The notes under the pieces: generated by a model
What the model saw: only the letters and a program-made list of their open reading frames with translations
Told to the model about the DNA's origin: nothing
Database searches by the model: none
Sequence record: NZ_CP041047.1
Length of the DNA stretch: 64,000 bases
Origin: a plasmid
Reading direction: 5' to 3' (one strand)
Shown: positions 21,071 through 30,805 of the stretch, piece by piece
Position numbering within the stretch: the first letter of the stretch is position 1
How the letters are laid out: every line of letters starts with the position of its first letter
Translations under genes and position numbers: made by a program

Positions 21071-21890
21071 CGGCACTGTTGCAAATAGTCGGTGGTGATA
21101 AACTTATCATCCCCTTTTGCTGATGGAGCTGCACATGAACCCATTCAAAGGCCGGCATTTTCAGCGTGACATCATTCTGTGGGCCGTACGCTGGTACTGC
21201 AAATACGGCATCAGTTACCGTGAGCTGCAGGAGATGCTGGCTGAACGCGGAGTGAATGTCGATCACTCCACGATTTACCGCTGGGTTCAGCGTTATGCGC
21301 CTGAAATGGAAAAACGGCTGCGCTGGTACTGGCGTAACCCTTCCGATCTTTGCCCGTGGCACATGGATGAAACCTACGTGAAGGTCAATGGCCGCTGGGC
21401 GTATCTGTACCGGGCCGTCGACAGCCGGGGCCGCACTGTCGATTTTTATCTCTCCTCCCGTCGTAACAGCAAAGCTGCATACCGGTTTCTGGGTAAAATC
21501 CTCAACAACGTGAAGAAGTGGCAGATCCCGCGATTCATCAACACGGATAAAGCGCCCGCCTATGGTCGCGCGCTTGCTCTGCTCAAACGCGAAGGCCGGT
21601 GCCCGTCTGACGTTGAACACCGACAGATTAAGTACCGGAACAACGTGATTGAATGCGATCATGGCAAACTGAAACGGATAATCGGCGCCACGCTGGGATT
21701 TAAATCCATGAAGACGGCTTACGGCACCATCAAAGGTATTGAGGTGATGCGTGCACTACGCAAAGGCCAGGCCTCAGCATTTTATTATGGTGATCCCCTG
21801 GGCGAAATGCGCCTGGTAAGCAGAGTTTTTGAAATGTAAGGCCTTTGAATAAGACAAAAGGCTGCCTCATCGCTAACTTTGCAACAGTGC
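21071..21890 (+). mobile_element. IS26 (IS6 family), copy A
   Basis: GGCACTGTTGCAAA inverted repeats at both ends. tnp26 (MNPFKGRHFQRDIILWAVRWY…) is at 21135–21839. Boundaries are ±1 bp. Confidence 0.95.
21135..21839 (+). CDS. tnpA: IS26 transposase Tnp26
   Basis: DDE transposase of the IS6 family, 234 aa counted from MNPF. Confidence 0.95.
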   Translation: MNPFKGRHFQRDIILWAVRWYCKYGISYRELQEMLAERGVNVDHSTIYRWVQRYAPEMEKRLRWYWRNPSDLCPWHMDETYVKVNGRWAYLYRAVDSRGRTVDFYLSSRRNSKAAYRFLGKILNNVKKWQIPRFINTDKAPAYGRALALLKREGRCPSDVEHRQIKYRNNVIECDHGKLKRIIGATLGFKSMKTAYGTIKGIEVMRALRKGQASAFYYGDPLGEMRLVSRVFEM

Positions 21891-22153
21891 CACTTTTTGT
21901 GGTGTTTAAATAAAACATTGGGCACCAAAACATATCCAAAAGATGCAAATTTCGTTACCATGAAAACACAAAGGTGTCAGAGAAAGAATCTCGGTCCACC
22001 TATAGTTCAAGTCCGACAGGCTGCTAACCGCAGCGATTTGCCGACCTTGCGCGCCTGCATATGCCTGCGCGGGCGACGGTGCAAAAATCGCGCGCATGCT
22101 GCGAATCGAACGAACCAAAACCGCAATAGAACACACCGTCCAGGGAGCAAGCA

Positions 22154-23845
22154 ATGCGAACCAACATGCCAGTAACAAATTCCGAGTACATCTTGAAGGA
22201 CACGGAAACGATCGTTTCCAAGACTGATTTGAGCGGGAATATCACCTACGTTAACCAGGATTTCTGCATTATCAGCGGCTTCTCGGAAGAAGAACTAATT
22301 GGATCGCCGCAAAATATCGTGCGTCACCCGGATATGCCGGCTGAGGCGTTCAAAGATTTCTGGAGCACTATCAAGGCCGGCAAAGCGTGGACTGGCCTGG
22401 TGAAAAATCGCTGCAAGAACGGCGATTATTATTGGGTCGAGGCCAATGTCGCGCCCATGCTGGAAAACGGCAAAATGGTCGGGTACACATCGATTCGCGT
22501 CAAGCCCAGCCGGGAGCAGGTAGCTGCCGCTGACAAAGCCTATCGCACGATCAAAAGTGGCAGCAACGAACTTCAGGTGCACGAAGGCTCGGTCGTCGCG
22601 CGCTCATTCTTCCGGCGCTTCGACTGGCTGGCGATCCTGTCGATCAGATCGAAAATCATGCTGTCGTCCGGGCTGCTGACGCTTCTGTTCATTGCAAACC
22701 TGGTCTTCTCGGCTTCTGGAAACAAGCAATTCGACGCATGGTCGAGCGCCGCTTCCATCCTCGGCATCGTCCTGGGCCTGGTGTCTGGATTCCTGCTGTA
22801 CCGCGCCGTCGTCGTGCCGCTGCAAAACGTCAAGCATGACATCGAACGGATGAGCGCGGGCGACCTGAGCGCCAAGATCGACGCCAATGGCGACGATGAG
22901 CTGGCGCAGATGATCCAATCGCTGCGCGTGCTGCAAACTAATGTGAAGCTATTGGTCGGCCAGATCAAGGAAGCGACCGATGTCGTCAATAGCGACGCCG
23001 CGGAAATCGCAACCGGCAATGCAGACCTGTCGGCCCGCACCGAATCGCAGGCTAGCTCACTGGAGGAAACCGCTTCCTCGATGGAAGAACTGACCAGCAC
23101 CGTGAAACAGAACGCCGACAATGCACGCGAGGCAAACCGACTGGTTGCGTCTGCATCCGAAACTGCGATAAAAGGCGGCCAGGCGGTCGGCCAGGTGGTC
23201 GGCACGATGGGGTCAATCAAGGAAAGCTCCCGCAAGATCGTCGATATCATCGGCGTCATCGACGGCATCGCGTTCCAGACCAACATCCTGGCCTTGAACG
23301 CAGCAGTCGAGGCCGCGCGCGCCGGCGAACAGGGCCGCGGCTTCGCGGTGGTAGCCGCCGAAGTGCGCAATCTTGCACAACGCTCGGCAGGCGCCGCCAA
23401 AGAAATCAAGTCCCTGATCAGCGACTCGGTCGAGAGAGTCGAGGCTGGCAGCAAGCTGGTCGACGATGCCGGCAAGACGATGGATGAGATCGTCACACAA
23501 GTCAAACAGGTTGCCGGCTACATGAGCGACATCACCTTGGCCAGCCAGGAACAAAGCGAAGGAATCGAACAAGTCAATCAAGCGATCACGCAGATGGACG
23601 AGGTGACGCAGCAAAATGCGGCGCTGGTCGAACAAGCGGCAGCCGCTGCCGAGGAAATGCAAAGCCAGGCAGGAAAACTGGCCCAGCTGGTCGACAGTTT
23701 CAAACTGGTCTCCGGTGCACAGGCAACGCGAAGTGGCAACACGCAGCCTGTTGCCATACGCGCGCCCACCCCGGTTGCACGCAAGCCTGTTGCCGCGATC
23801 CGGACGGCAACCCCGAAAAAACTTGCTCTAACCGGCAGGCGGTAG
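22154..23845 (+). CDS. PAS-domain methyl-accepting chemotaxis protein (Aer-like aerotaxis receptor)
   Basis: The N-terminal PAS (…NIVRHPDMP…KNGDYYWV…) resembles Aer. A TM hairpin and HAMP follow. The MCP signalling domain contains IAFQTNILALNAAVEAARAGEQGRGFAVVA. GC content is much higher than in the neighbouring sequence. Confidence 0.8.
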   Translation: MRTNMPVTNSEYILKDTETIVSKTDLSGNITYVNQDFCIISGFSEEELIGSPQNIVRHPDMPAEAFKDFWSTIKAGKAWTGLVKNRCKNGDYYWVEANVAPMLENGKMVGYTSIRVKPSREQVAAADKAYRTIKSGSNELQVHEGSVVARSFFRRFDWLAILSIRSKIMLSSGLLTLLFIANLVFSASGNKQFDAWSSAASILGIVLGLVSGFLLYRAVVVPLQNVKHDIERMSAGDLSAKIDANGDDELAQMIQSLRVLQTNVKLLVGQIKEATDVVNSDAAEIATGNADLSARTESQASSLEETASSMEELTSTVKQNADNAREANRLVASASETAIKGGQAVGQVVGTMGSIKESSRKIVDIIGVIDGIAFQTNILALNAAVEAARAGEQGRGFAVVAAEVRNLAQRSAGAAKEIKSLISDSVERVEAGSKLVDDAGKTMDEIVTQVKQVAGYMSDITLASQEQSEGIEQVNQAITQMDEVTQQNAALVEQAAAAAEEMQSQAGKLAQLVDSFKLVSGAQATRSGNTQPVAIRAPTPVARKPVAAIRTATPKKLALTGRR

Positions 23846-24079
23846 TGCGGTAACTAGAACCAACATTTGAAACATTGCTGAATGGCGCGTCATCACCGCT
23901 TATTCTGGGAGAAATGAAATGCTAAACTCATTTACGTAGGAATCCTTGCGGTCCCCCATGACCGAACAGTTCGACGCCAAGTCGGCCGAGATTCGCGCGA
24001 TGCTCAACAACCAACTCGAACCAAAGCACACGGCCGAGATCCGCGAGCGCATGCTGGCGGCGGGCTTGCCGATATAAGC

Positions 24080-24260
24080 CATCATTTGCAGTTAGCGTGA
24101 GCCGACGGCGGTGAAATGCGAGCTGGCGCCATCGACTGCAAGCTCGTTTGCAGATATTGAGAGCATGTGCGCTCCGTCATTTGCAGTTAATTCGAGCCGA
24201 AACCGGTGTCAAATGCGAGCACGGCCGATTTCAAACGCGAGCCGCTACAGCTAAGCCCCT
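24080..24260. repeat. two ~45-bp direct repeats (CATTTGCAGTTA…GAGCCGA…GTG.AAATGCGAGC) plus partial copies
   Basis: Seen directly at about 24082–24125 and 24176–24220. Confidence 0.5.
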
Positions 24261-24360
24261 CCTTTTTTTTAACAGTGGCAGGGACTGCTAAAAATGAATG
24301 ATGGTAGGCGGGATTTCTCAATAAGGAACTAACATGGCTGACTGGTTTATTGCGACTGAG

Positions 24361-25180
24361 GGCACTGTTGCAAAGTTAGCGATGAGGCAGCCTTTTGTCT
24401 TATTCAAAGGCCTTACATTTCAAAAACTCTGCTTACCAGGCGCATTTCGCCCAGGGGATCACCATAATAAAATGCTGAGGCCTGGCCTTTGCGTAGTGCA
24501 CGCATCACCTCAATACCTTTGATGGTGGCGTAAGCCGTCTTCATGGATTTAAATCCCAGCGTGGCGCCGATTATCCGTTTCAGTTTGCCATGATCGCATT
24601 CAATCACGTTGTTCCGGTACTTAATCTGTCGGTGTTCAACGTCAGACGGGCACCGGCCTTCGCGTTTGAGCAGAGCAAGCGCGCGACCATAGGCGGGCGC
24701 TTTATCCGTGTTGATGAATCGCGGGATCTGCCACTTCTTCACGTTGTTGAGGATTTTACCCAGAAACCGGTATGCAGCTTTGCTGTTACGACGGGAGGAG
24801 AGATAAAAATCGACAGTGCGGCCCCGGCTGTCGACGGCCCGGTACAGATACGCCCAGCGGCCATTGACCTTCACGTAGGTTTCATCCATGTGCCACGGGC
24901 AAAGATCGGAAGGGTTACGCCAGTACCAGCGCAGCCGTTTTTCCATTTCAGGCGCATAACGCTGAACCCAGCGGTAAATCGTGGAGTGATCGACATTCAC
25001 TCCGCGTTCAGCCAGCATCTCCTGCAGCTCACGGTAACTGATGCCGTATTTGCAGTACCAGCGTACGGCCCACAGAATGATGTCACGCTGAAAATGCCGG
25101 CCTTTGAATGGGTTCATGTGCAGCTCCATCAGCAAAAGGGGATGATAAGTTTATCACCACCGACTATTTGCAACAGTGCC
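24361..25180 (-). mobile_element. IS26, copy B (inverted relative to copy A)
   Basis: 820 bp between the GGCACTGTTGCAAA inverted repeats. tnp26 is at 24413–25117 (-). Confidence 0.95.
24413..25117 (-). CDS. tnpA: IS26 transposase Tnp26
   Basis: Nearly identical protein to copy A. There is one substitution (YATIKG in copy B, YGTIKG in copy A). Confidence 0.95.
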   Translation of the reverse strand: MNPFKGRHFQRDIILWAVRWYCKYGISYRELQEMLAERGVNVDHSTIYRWVQRYAPEMEKRLRWYWRNPSDLCPWHMDETYVKVNGRWAYLYRAVDSRGRTVDFYLSSRRNSKAAYRFLGKILNNVKKWQIPRFINTDKAPAYGRALALLKREGRCPSDVEHRQIKYRNNVIECDHGKLKRIIGATLGFKSMKTAYATIKGIEVMRALRKGQASAFYYGDPLGEMRLVSRVFEM

Positions 25181-25309
25181 AAAAATACCCTCAGCAATTA
25201 GTGTACTGAGGGTATTGTTAACCATCCGTAGGATCGTTCAACTGATCAATGCCTTAACTGATCGGTGTTATCCCGATTGGGAGGCTTTACAAAATAGCTC
25301 ATTTTTATC

Positions 25310-26461
25310 TTACGCTTGCGCTTTCTTAGGCAAAGAAAAGTGCAGTAAGGCATAGCCAAGTAATGCTGCTGTCGTAGAACCCATTAAGATACCGAGTCGA
25401 GCATAGGTATCAAATTCAGGACTTACATTTCCGAACGCTAAAGAGGAAATGAAGATAGACATTGTAAAGCCAATACCACACAACACAGATACCGCAAAGA
25501 TATGCTTGAAGTTAACGCCTTCAGGTAACTTAGCAACGCCCATTTTTACCGCTGCCCAGCTAAAGGTAAAGATACCTAGAGGCTTACCAACCAGTAGACC
25601 CAAAGCAATACCGAGTGGCAGCATTGAAGTTAGACCTGACATCGATACGCCTTCTAACGAAATCCCCGCATTGGCAAATGCGAATAGAGGCAGAATACCA
25701 AATGCCACGTATGGGTGAAGCGCGTGCTCCATATGTTTAAGTGGAGAATGTTCGCCCTGCTTTCCCTTTAGTGGGATAGCAAAACCAATCACTACACCTG
25801 CCAATGTTGCGTGAACACCAGATTTAAGCACCGCGAACCATAAGATCGCACCGACGATCATGTATGGCGTAAGTTTTGTTACTTCCTTCGCATTCAACAT
25901 GAATAGGACACCAGTCATGATGAAGCCAACAAGCAACGCCATGGTCGACAGGTCACCGGTGTAAAATAGCGCGATAATAACAACTACACCTAAATCATCG
26001 ATGATAGCAACCGCCAGCAAGAACACTTTTAGGCTTACTGGTACACGCTTACCTAATAACGCCATGATACCTAAAGCAAAAGCGATATCTGTCGCCGCTG
26101 GAATTGCCCAACCAGAAATCGCCTCAGGATCGTTGGCATTAAAGGCTACGTAAATAAGAGCAGGAGTTAATATACCGCCAACCGCTGCAATCGCAGGGAA
26201 AATTGCGGTTTCTTTTGATTTTAACGCACCTTCAAGCAGCTCTCGCTTAACTTCAAGGCCAATGAGTAAGAAGAAAACAGCCATTAGGCCGTCATTAATC
26301 CAGTGAGAAACTGACATACCAAATACATAAGTATGCAGTACAGATTGATAAGTTTCGCCCAGCGGTGAGTTAGCAATGGTCATCGCAATTGCCGCGGCAA
26401 TCACGAGAAGAATACCACCAGCTGATTCCATTTTGAAAAAGTCACGAATGACATCGTTCAT
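25310..26461 (-). CDS. nhaA: Na+/H+ antiporter NhaA
   Basis: 383 aa with 12 TM segments. [12 protein letters not shown]…IANSP is the NhaA N-terminus. GC is low. To my eye the sequence is closer to Vibrio-type NhaA than to the E. coli protein. Confidence 0.85.
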   Translation of the reverse strand: MNDVIRDFFKMESAGGILLVIAAAIAMTIANSPLGETYQSVLHTYVFGMSVSHWINDGLMAVFFLLIGLEVKRELLEGALKSKETAIFPAIAAVGGILTPALIYVAFNANDPEAISGWAIPAATDIAFALGIMALLGKRVPVSLKVFLLAVAIIDDLGVVVIIALFYTGDLSTMALLVGFIMTGVLFMLNAKEVTKLTPYMIVGAILWFAVLKSGVHATLAGVVIGFAIPLKGKQGEHSPLKHMEHALHPYVAFGILPLFAFANAGISLEGVSMSGLTSMLPLGIALGLLVGKPLGIFTFSWAAVKMGVAKLPEGVNFKHIFAVSVLCGIGFTMSIFISSLAFGNVSPEFDTYARLGILMGSTTAALLGYALLHFSLPKKAQA

Positions 26462-26621
26462 GGTTTCGTCCTTATATTTATTATCTTAATAAACGATTAA
26501 CAAAGAATGATAAGAGTGTATAGCGGTCGAAAACTTTAGAATAATTGAATCGCCACGGATAATCTAGACACTTCCGAGCCGTTGATTGGACTGACCCCAC
26601 GCCCGTAGACAAATTCTGTCC

Positions 26622-26865
26622 TCACGACGAGGCCTGTTCGAAGGCCTCCGGACTGACGCCGCCGAGGTGACTGTGGCGCCGGGCCCGGTTGTAGAACACT
26701 TCAATGTAATCGAAGATATCCGCCCGGGCTAGATCCCGGGTTTTGTATATTCTCTTCCTGATGCGCTCTTTTTTCAGTGAACTGAAGAACGATTCGGCCA
26801 CCGCATTATCCCAGCAGTTGCCACGCCGGCTCATGCTCGGGACCAGGTTATTAGCCCGGCAGAAG
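26622..26865 (-). pseudogene. IS3-family transposase (OrfB) C-terminal fragment, truncated by IS1
   Basis: …[19 protein letters not shown]…[19 protein letters not shown] is the conserved IS3-family integrase-core C-terminus. The frame ends at the IS1 left inverted repeat. Confidence 0.8.
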
Positions 26866-26920
26866 GGTGATGCTGCCAACTTACTGATTTAGTGTATGAT
26901 GGTGTTTTTGAGGTGCTCCA

Positions 26921-27196
26921 GTGGCTTCTGTTTCTATCAGCTGTCCCTCCTGTTCAGCTACTGACGGGGTGGTGCGTAACGGCAAAAGCACTGCCGGACA
27001 TCAGCGCTATCTCTGCTCTCACTGCCGTAAAACATGGCAACTGCAGTTCACTTACACCGCTTCTCAACCCGGTACGCACCAGAAAATCATTGATATGGCC
27101 ATGAATGGCGTTGGATGCCGGGCAACCGCCCGCATTATGGGCGTTGGCCTCAACACGATTTTCCGCCATTTAAAAAACTCAGGCCGCAGTCGGTAA
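26921..27196 (+). CDS. insA: IS1 InsA
   Basis: 91 aa, [30 protein letters not shown]…. Confidence 0.95.
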   Translation: MASVSISCPSCSATDGVVRNGKSTAGHQRYLCSHCRKTWQLQFTYTASQPGTHQKIIDMAMNGVGCRATARIMGVGLNTIFRHLKNSGRSR

Positions 27197-27618
27197 CCTC
27201 GCGCATACAGCCGGGCAGTGACGTCATCGTCTGCGCGGAAATGGACGAACAGTGGGGATACGTCGGGGCTAAATCGCGCCAGCGCTGGCTGTTTTACGCG
27301 TATGACAGGCTCCGGAAGACGGTTGTGGCGCACGTATTCGGTGAACGCACTATGGCGACGCTGGGGCGTCTTATGAGCCTGCTGTCACCCTTTGACGTGG
27401 TGATATGGATGACGGATGGCTGGCCGCTGTATGAATCCCGCCTGAAGGGAAAGCTGCACGTAATCAGCAAGCGATATACGCAGCGAATTGAGCGGCATAA
27501 CCTGAATCTGAGGCAGCACCTGGCACGGCTGGGACGGAAGTCGCTGTCGTTCTCAAAATCGGTGGAGCTGCATGACAAAGTCATCGGGCATTATCTGAAC
27601 ATAAAACACTATCAATAA
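27115..27618 (+). CDS. insB: IS1 InsB' (expressed as an InsAB' fusion by -1 frameshift)
   Basis: 167-aa frame, [16 protein letters not shown]…. Confidence 0.9.
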   Translation: MPGNRPHYGRWPQHDFPPFKKLRPQSVTSRIQPGSDVIVCAEMDEQWGYVGAKSRQRWLFYAYDRLRKTVVAHVFGERTMATLGRLMSLLSPFDVVIWMTDGWPLYESRLKGKLHVISKRYTQRIERHNLNLRQHLARLGRKSLSFSKSVELHDKVIGHYLNIKHYQ

Positions 27619-27805
27619 GTTGGAGTTATTACCGAGCTCTCCATGATTTATATGCAGAACTTCAGCGAATTTGGCCACAGGTGGAAGAGTATTATACTCA
27701 GATGCCAACATACCAAATGGAACGTGAGTTTTACGCTGAACTCGTGCAAATAAAGATAAAGGCTGAAGAGTACCTACGTAGAACTAAGCAGGAACAATAA
27801 AACAA

Positions 27806-27838
27806 TTCGTTTTTGGGGAGCCCGGTGGGCTCCTTTTT
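27806..27838 (+). terminator. rho-independent terminator-like hairpin
   Basis: GGAGCCCGGTGGGCTCC is followed by TTTTTTG. It lies downstream of a gene remnant (27634–27799, +) whose 5' end was cut off by IS1. Confidence 0.5.
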
Positions 27839-27915
27839 TGTGATGGTTCAATCCGGTGACGTGGGGTTACCGAGCTGGCGCATTCCCACGATTCGCACCT
27901 GATGGATTACCGGTT

Positions 27916-29529
27916 TTACTTGGTCAGTTCTAACCGGCGCTGATAACGCTCCCAGCGCATGACGAGATTCGCCGGGTCTATCGGACGGCAAAGCCCGGTA
28001 ATCACATGGCCATCGTATTGCTGCAAATCGGGATCTTCGGCCTGCGCGACAGGGTCAACGTGGACGGTCAACGTCTCCGGGCAAATGGCAAGGACGTTGT
28101 CGTCAAACAGCCGGTGCAGATCGATACGAAGCAGCAAGCCATTACTCCAGTGATCCAGACCACCAGCACTATGCTCTACCAGGTGTGCGGCCTCTGTCCT
28201 GCGGCGTAAGCTTGCTCCTGTAATCACGCAGCGGTCGTTACAGTTTCGACGGACGGTAGCAGCGAAATCAGCCTGATCCGGCCTGGTCACCACGCAGGTT
28301 GTAGAGCCTTCACGTTTAGGGTGCGCCAGGGGCGCAACAGACGGTTCCTGCATGGAGACGCGGGATTGTTCAACTTCGACGGAGATCAGGGCTGGCTGGG
28401 GTGCTGGCTGCGATTCTCGCACTACATCGTGCGTAATGCCGTTGGTTTCCGCTTCTTTAAGCTTTCCGACCTGGCTTGCTGCGGCCAGCGCACGGTCACG
28501 CGCTTCCTGCTTTTCTTCCTTCGTCCATTTACGTTTGGCAGGTTCGTGTGTGGGAGCCGGGAGATTATCTGGTTCATTGACCGGCACAGGGTCAACCATC
28601 TTTTTGCCTTGCATTGACTCAGCCATAAACCGGCGAGCCAGCACATCAGCGCGTAGTCCCGTATCGCGATGCTCATAAAGATAGGTGCGAAATTCCGTCA
28701 CACGTCCGCCCACCAGCTTAATGGCCTCACTCATTCCGGCCTTGTTGATGGAAGCGCTACTGGTTTTCAGGTTGGGCAAACCGTACTGACGTGGGTTTTC
28801 TTTCTGGGTGCTTTCAGCGCCGGTCAGACGGCTCTCTCTGATTTTTCCATTATGCCGGGTCGGTGAATCGCCATTCGGATGTTCAGGAGATCGCCAGGTG
28901 TCTGCGGGAGGCGTATACGTTGTACCGTTCTTCTGGGCCATGTAGGCGAGCACTTCCCGCATATCAACACGGGTCTTTTTGCGCTCGGCAATACCTTCAT
29001 CAATCTGACGTTCAAGATCCGCTCGCTTCTCTTTGTGCAGGCGGCGCGATTCCAGTACGGTTTCGTTATCATTCAGGCGTTCTACTATCTCACCGGTATT
29101 TAAATTCTGGTTTGCCAGTTCGCGCACCATGCTCAGCACTAAATCGCCCATTGGATGCCGGGTTGTGATACCCAGGCGCTCAAACGCCCGGTTGGTGATC
29201 TCGTTTCTGCGGGTTTGATTGGCCAGTTCCGTGATCTTCTTCAGGCGCTCGATTTCGGCAAGCTGTGCCCGCTTCATCAATTCGCTGCCGGTTAGCATGG
29301 CAACAATCTGAACCTGACTCTCACCCTTCAGTAAGTGCTCGGTGATGAATGTAGAAAGAGCTGCCCGCCCACCGTGATTTTTAGGGATACCCAGCGTGGC
29401 CAGAATGTCTCTCTTTAGAATATTACGCAGGTTAGCGGCCTTTTTTTCCGCTTCATGTTTGGCCTGCATGTCCCGGCTATGCTGCTTACGTTCGGCCCGG
29501 GTTTTCTTCACCTTCACTTTCGTCGTCAC
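27916..29529 (-). CDS. HNH_2-type endonuclease-domain protein with a long basic/coiled N-terminal region
   Basis: The C-terminal CVITGASLRRRTEAAHLVEHSAGGLDHWSNGLLLRIDLHRLFDD has the CxxTG…AAH…NGL…H..FD pattern. The N-terminal ~400 aa has no motif I recognise. Confidence 0.55.
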   Translation of the reverse strand: MTTKVKVKKTRAERKQHSRDMQAKHEAEKKAANLRNILKRDILATLGIPKNHGGRAALSTFITEHLLKGESQVQIVAMLTGSELMKRAQLAEIERLKKITELANQTRRNEITNRAFERLGITTRHPMGDLVLSMVRELANQNLNTGEIVERLNDNETVLESRRLHKEKRADLERQIDEGIAERKKTRVDMREVLAYMAQKNGTTYTPPADTWRSPEHPNGDSPTRHNGKIRESRLTGAESTQKENPRQYGLPNLKTSSASINKAGMSEAIKLVGGRVTEFRTYLYEHRDTGLRADVLARRFMAESMQGKKMVDPVPVNEPDNLPAPTHEPAKRKWTKEEKQEARDRALAAASQVGKLKEAETNGITHDVVRESQPAPQPALISVEVEQSRVSMQEPSVAPLAHPKREGSTTCVVTRPDQADFAATVRRNCNDRCVITGASLRRRTEAAHLVEHSAGGLDHWSNGLLLRIDLHRLFDDNVLAICPETLTVHVDPVAQAEDPDLQQYDGHVITGLCRPIDPANLVMRWERYQRRLELTK

Positions 29530-29539
29530 TACTCTTTAC

Positions 29540-30430
29540 CTGGCAGGGCATCATCATCATTGATACCGGTCGCGGAGGCCTGCGGTCGTTACCTATCCCC
29601 CGCCGCTGGCCGCACATTTGATGGCGAGAGTATACCTGCTCTGTCGGCAGCGCGTCTTTTCTTGTCTTCATATATGCAAAATTAGTCCAACATACAAAAG
29701 CGATCAGGGTCAACACCCCCGCGTCCACCCTGCAAAGCGCCCTTGACCTTAATACCCACTGAAACCCTCGCGCCCCCGGCCCCTCTTTTTTTTCTCTTTT
29801 TTTCTCTCTTTTTCTCATATTTTCTCGCATGGCTCATCCAGCGACCGGAGTCCCTATGTGGGGTTTGCAGGAACCGGACGGAAAGACCGGCACGGCCCGG
29901 TTGCCGCAGGCGGGGGAAATGGCCAGACCGGGCACGGCGGTTTCTTTTTAAAATGGTGGGCCCGGGCAGAATGGTTACCCCGGGCACGGGCCCGATCCTG
30001 AAAACGACACGGAGGTTTCAGGTACGGCTCCCCTTTCTGCCCCAAGCGAAGCGCAGGGGCAGAAAGGGGAAGTTTATTTGTATGTTGGACTAATAGAGGG
30101 TGATGTACGTGAATTCTGCCCGGGTTTTCCCGGCGATTATCCCGGAATCCATCACCGATATTCTTCCCTTTATCCTAATACCGGTGATGGCCACCGGCAC
30201 AAAATGCAGGGTGTTCCGGCCCGGCGAAGATGCGGCCGCAAACCAGCACGAAAGTGTCGGTCGGAAAAAGGTGAAGCCAATGCTGGTGGCCGCACGGAAT
30301 TCAGGCGGGCACTCGACGTTACTCACCCACGACTCCGGGTTAACGGTTCGACTCCGGGTAGCCTGGCCCGGGTGAAGCCCGGGGCAGGCTACCCTGTTTT
30401 TGTATGTTGGACTATTTTGACGGGTACTGG
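29540..30430. repeat. GC-rich non-coding region: two tandem structured modules, each ending in a hairpin+T-tract and the 15-mer TTGTATGTTGGACTA, plus an inverted copy of the 15-mer upstream
   Basis: The 15-mer is at 30079–30093 and 30399–30413 (+) and at ~29681–29695 (reverse complement). Hairpins CCCCTTTCTGCCCC…GGGGCAGAAAGGGG (~30035–30070) and GGGTAGCCTGGCCCGGG…CAGGCTACCC (~30355–30395) each precede a T-run. Confidence 0.5.
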
Positions 30431-30586
30431 AGCAAACCACTCTGCCACACGATATGGCATTTAGTTACCGCTCTTGCGGTTCATGGATGAAATAGTCGGT
30501 TCTGTCAGGAGGGAGTCAGGGAAATGTGAAGAACCGAAATGGCCACGCTGAAAGATCATGTAGCCAGTTCAGATAAGCAAATTGAG

Positions 30587-30805
30587 TTAACGCCCTCGCT
30601 CATACCGCACCAGCTCTTCAGGTTTAGACAACCACTCTGTAATCTGGTGATCATGCATTGACGTATCGTATTCAAAGTCTGGCGGATAATACATATCGCC
30701 AACAAACCACTCTTCCTGCTTTAATTCATCCTCATCTATATCACAACCGCTATCAAGCCAGTCCCATCGGCCTCTTTTGTTAAAAATCACTCTCCCATTC
30801 GGCAT
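30587..30805 (-). CDS. hypothetical small protein
   Basis: 72-aa ORF with coding-like composition. Confidence 0.3.
   Translation of the reverse strand: MPNGRVIFNKRGRWDWLDSGCDIDEDELKQEEWFVGDMYYPPDFEYDTSMHDHQITEWLSKPEELVRYERGR

Larger units (their letters stand above)
26866..27633 (+). mobile_element. IS1, copy 1
   Basis: 768 bp with GGTGATGCTGCCAACTTACTGAT inverted repeats. insA is at 26921–27196 and insB' at 27115–27618. No 9-bp direct repeat flanks it. Confidence 0.95.

Noticed and set aside
22573-23505. A 310-aa ORF on the minus strand, and the 149-aa and 110-aa ORFs nearby.
   Set aside because: They are antisense to the MCP gene in ~60% GC DNA, where long spurious ORFs are expected. The + strand product has clear PAS, HAMP and MCP motifs.
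30300-30400. A possible tRNA-like element (GGTTCGACTCC T-loop-like sequence) in the GC-rich module.
   Set aside because: I could not assemble a full cloverleaf (acceptor and anticodon arms) around it by eye. I left it as part of the structured-module finding.
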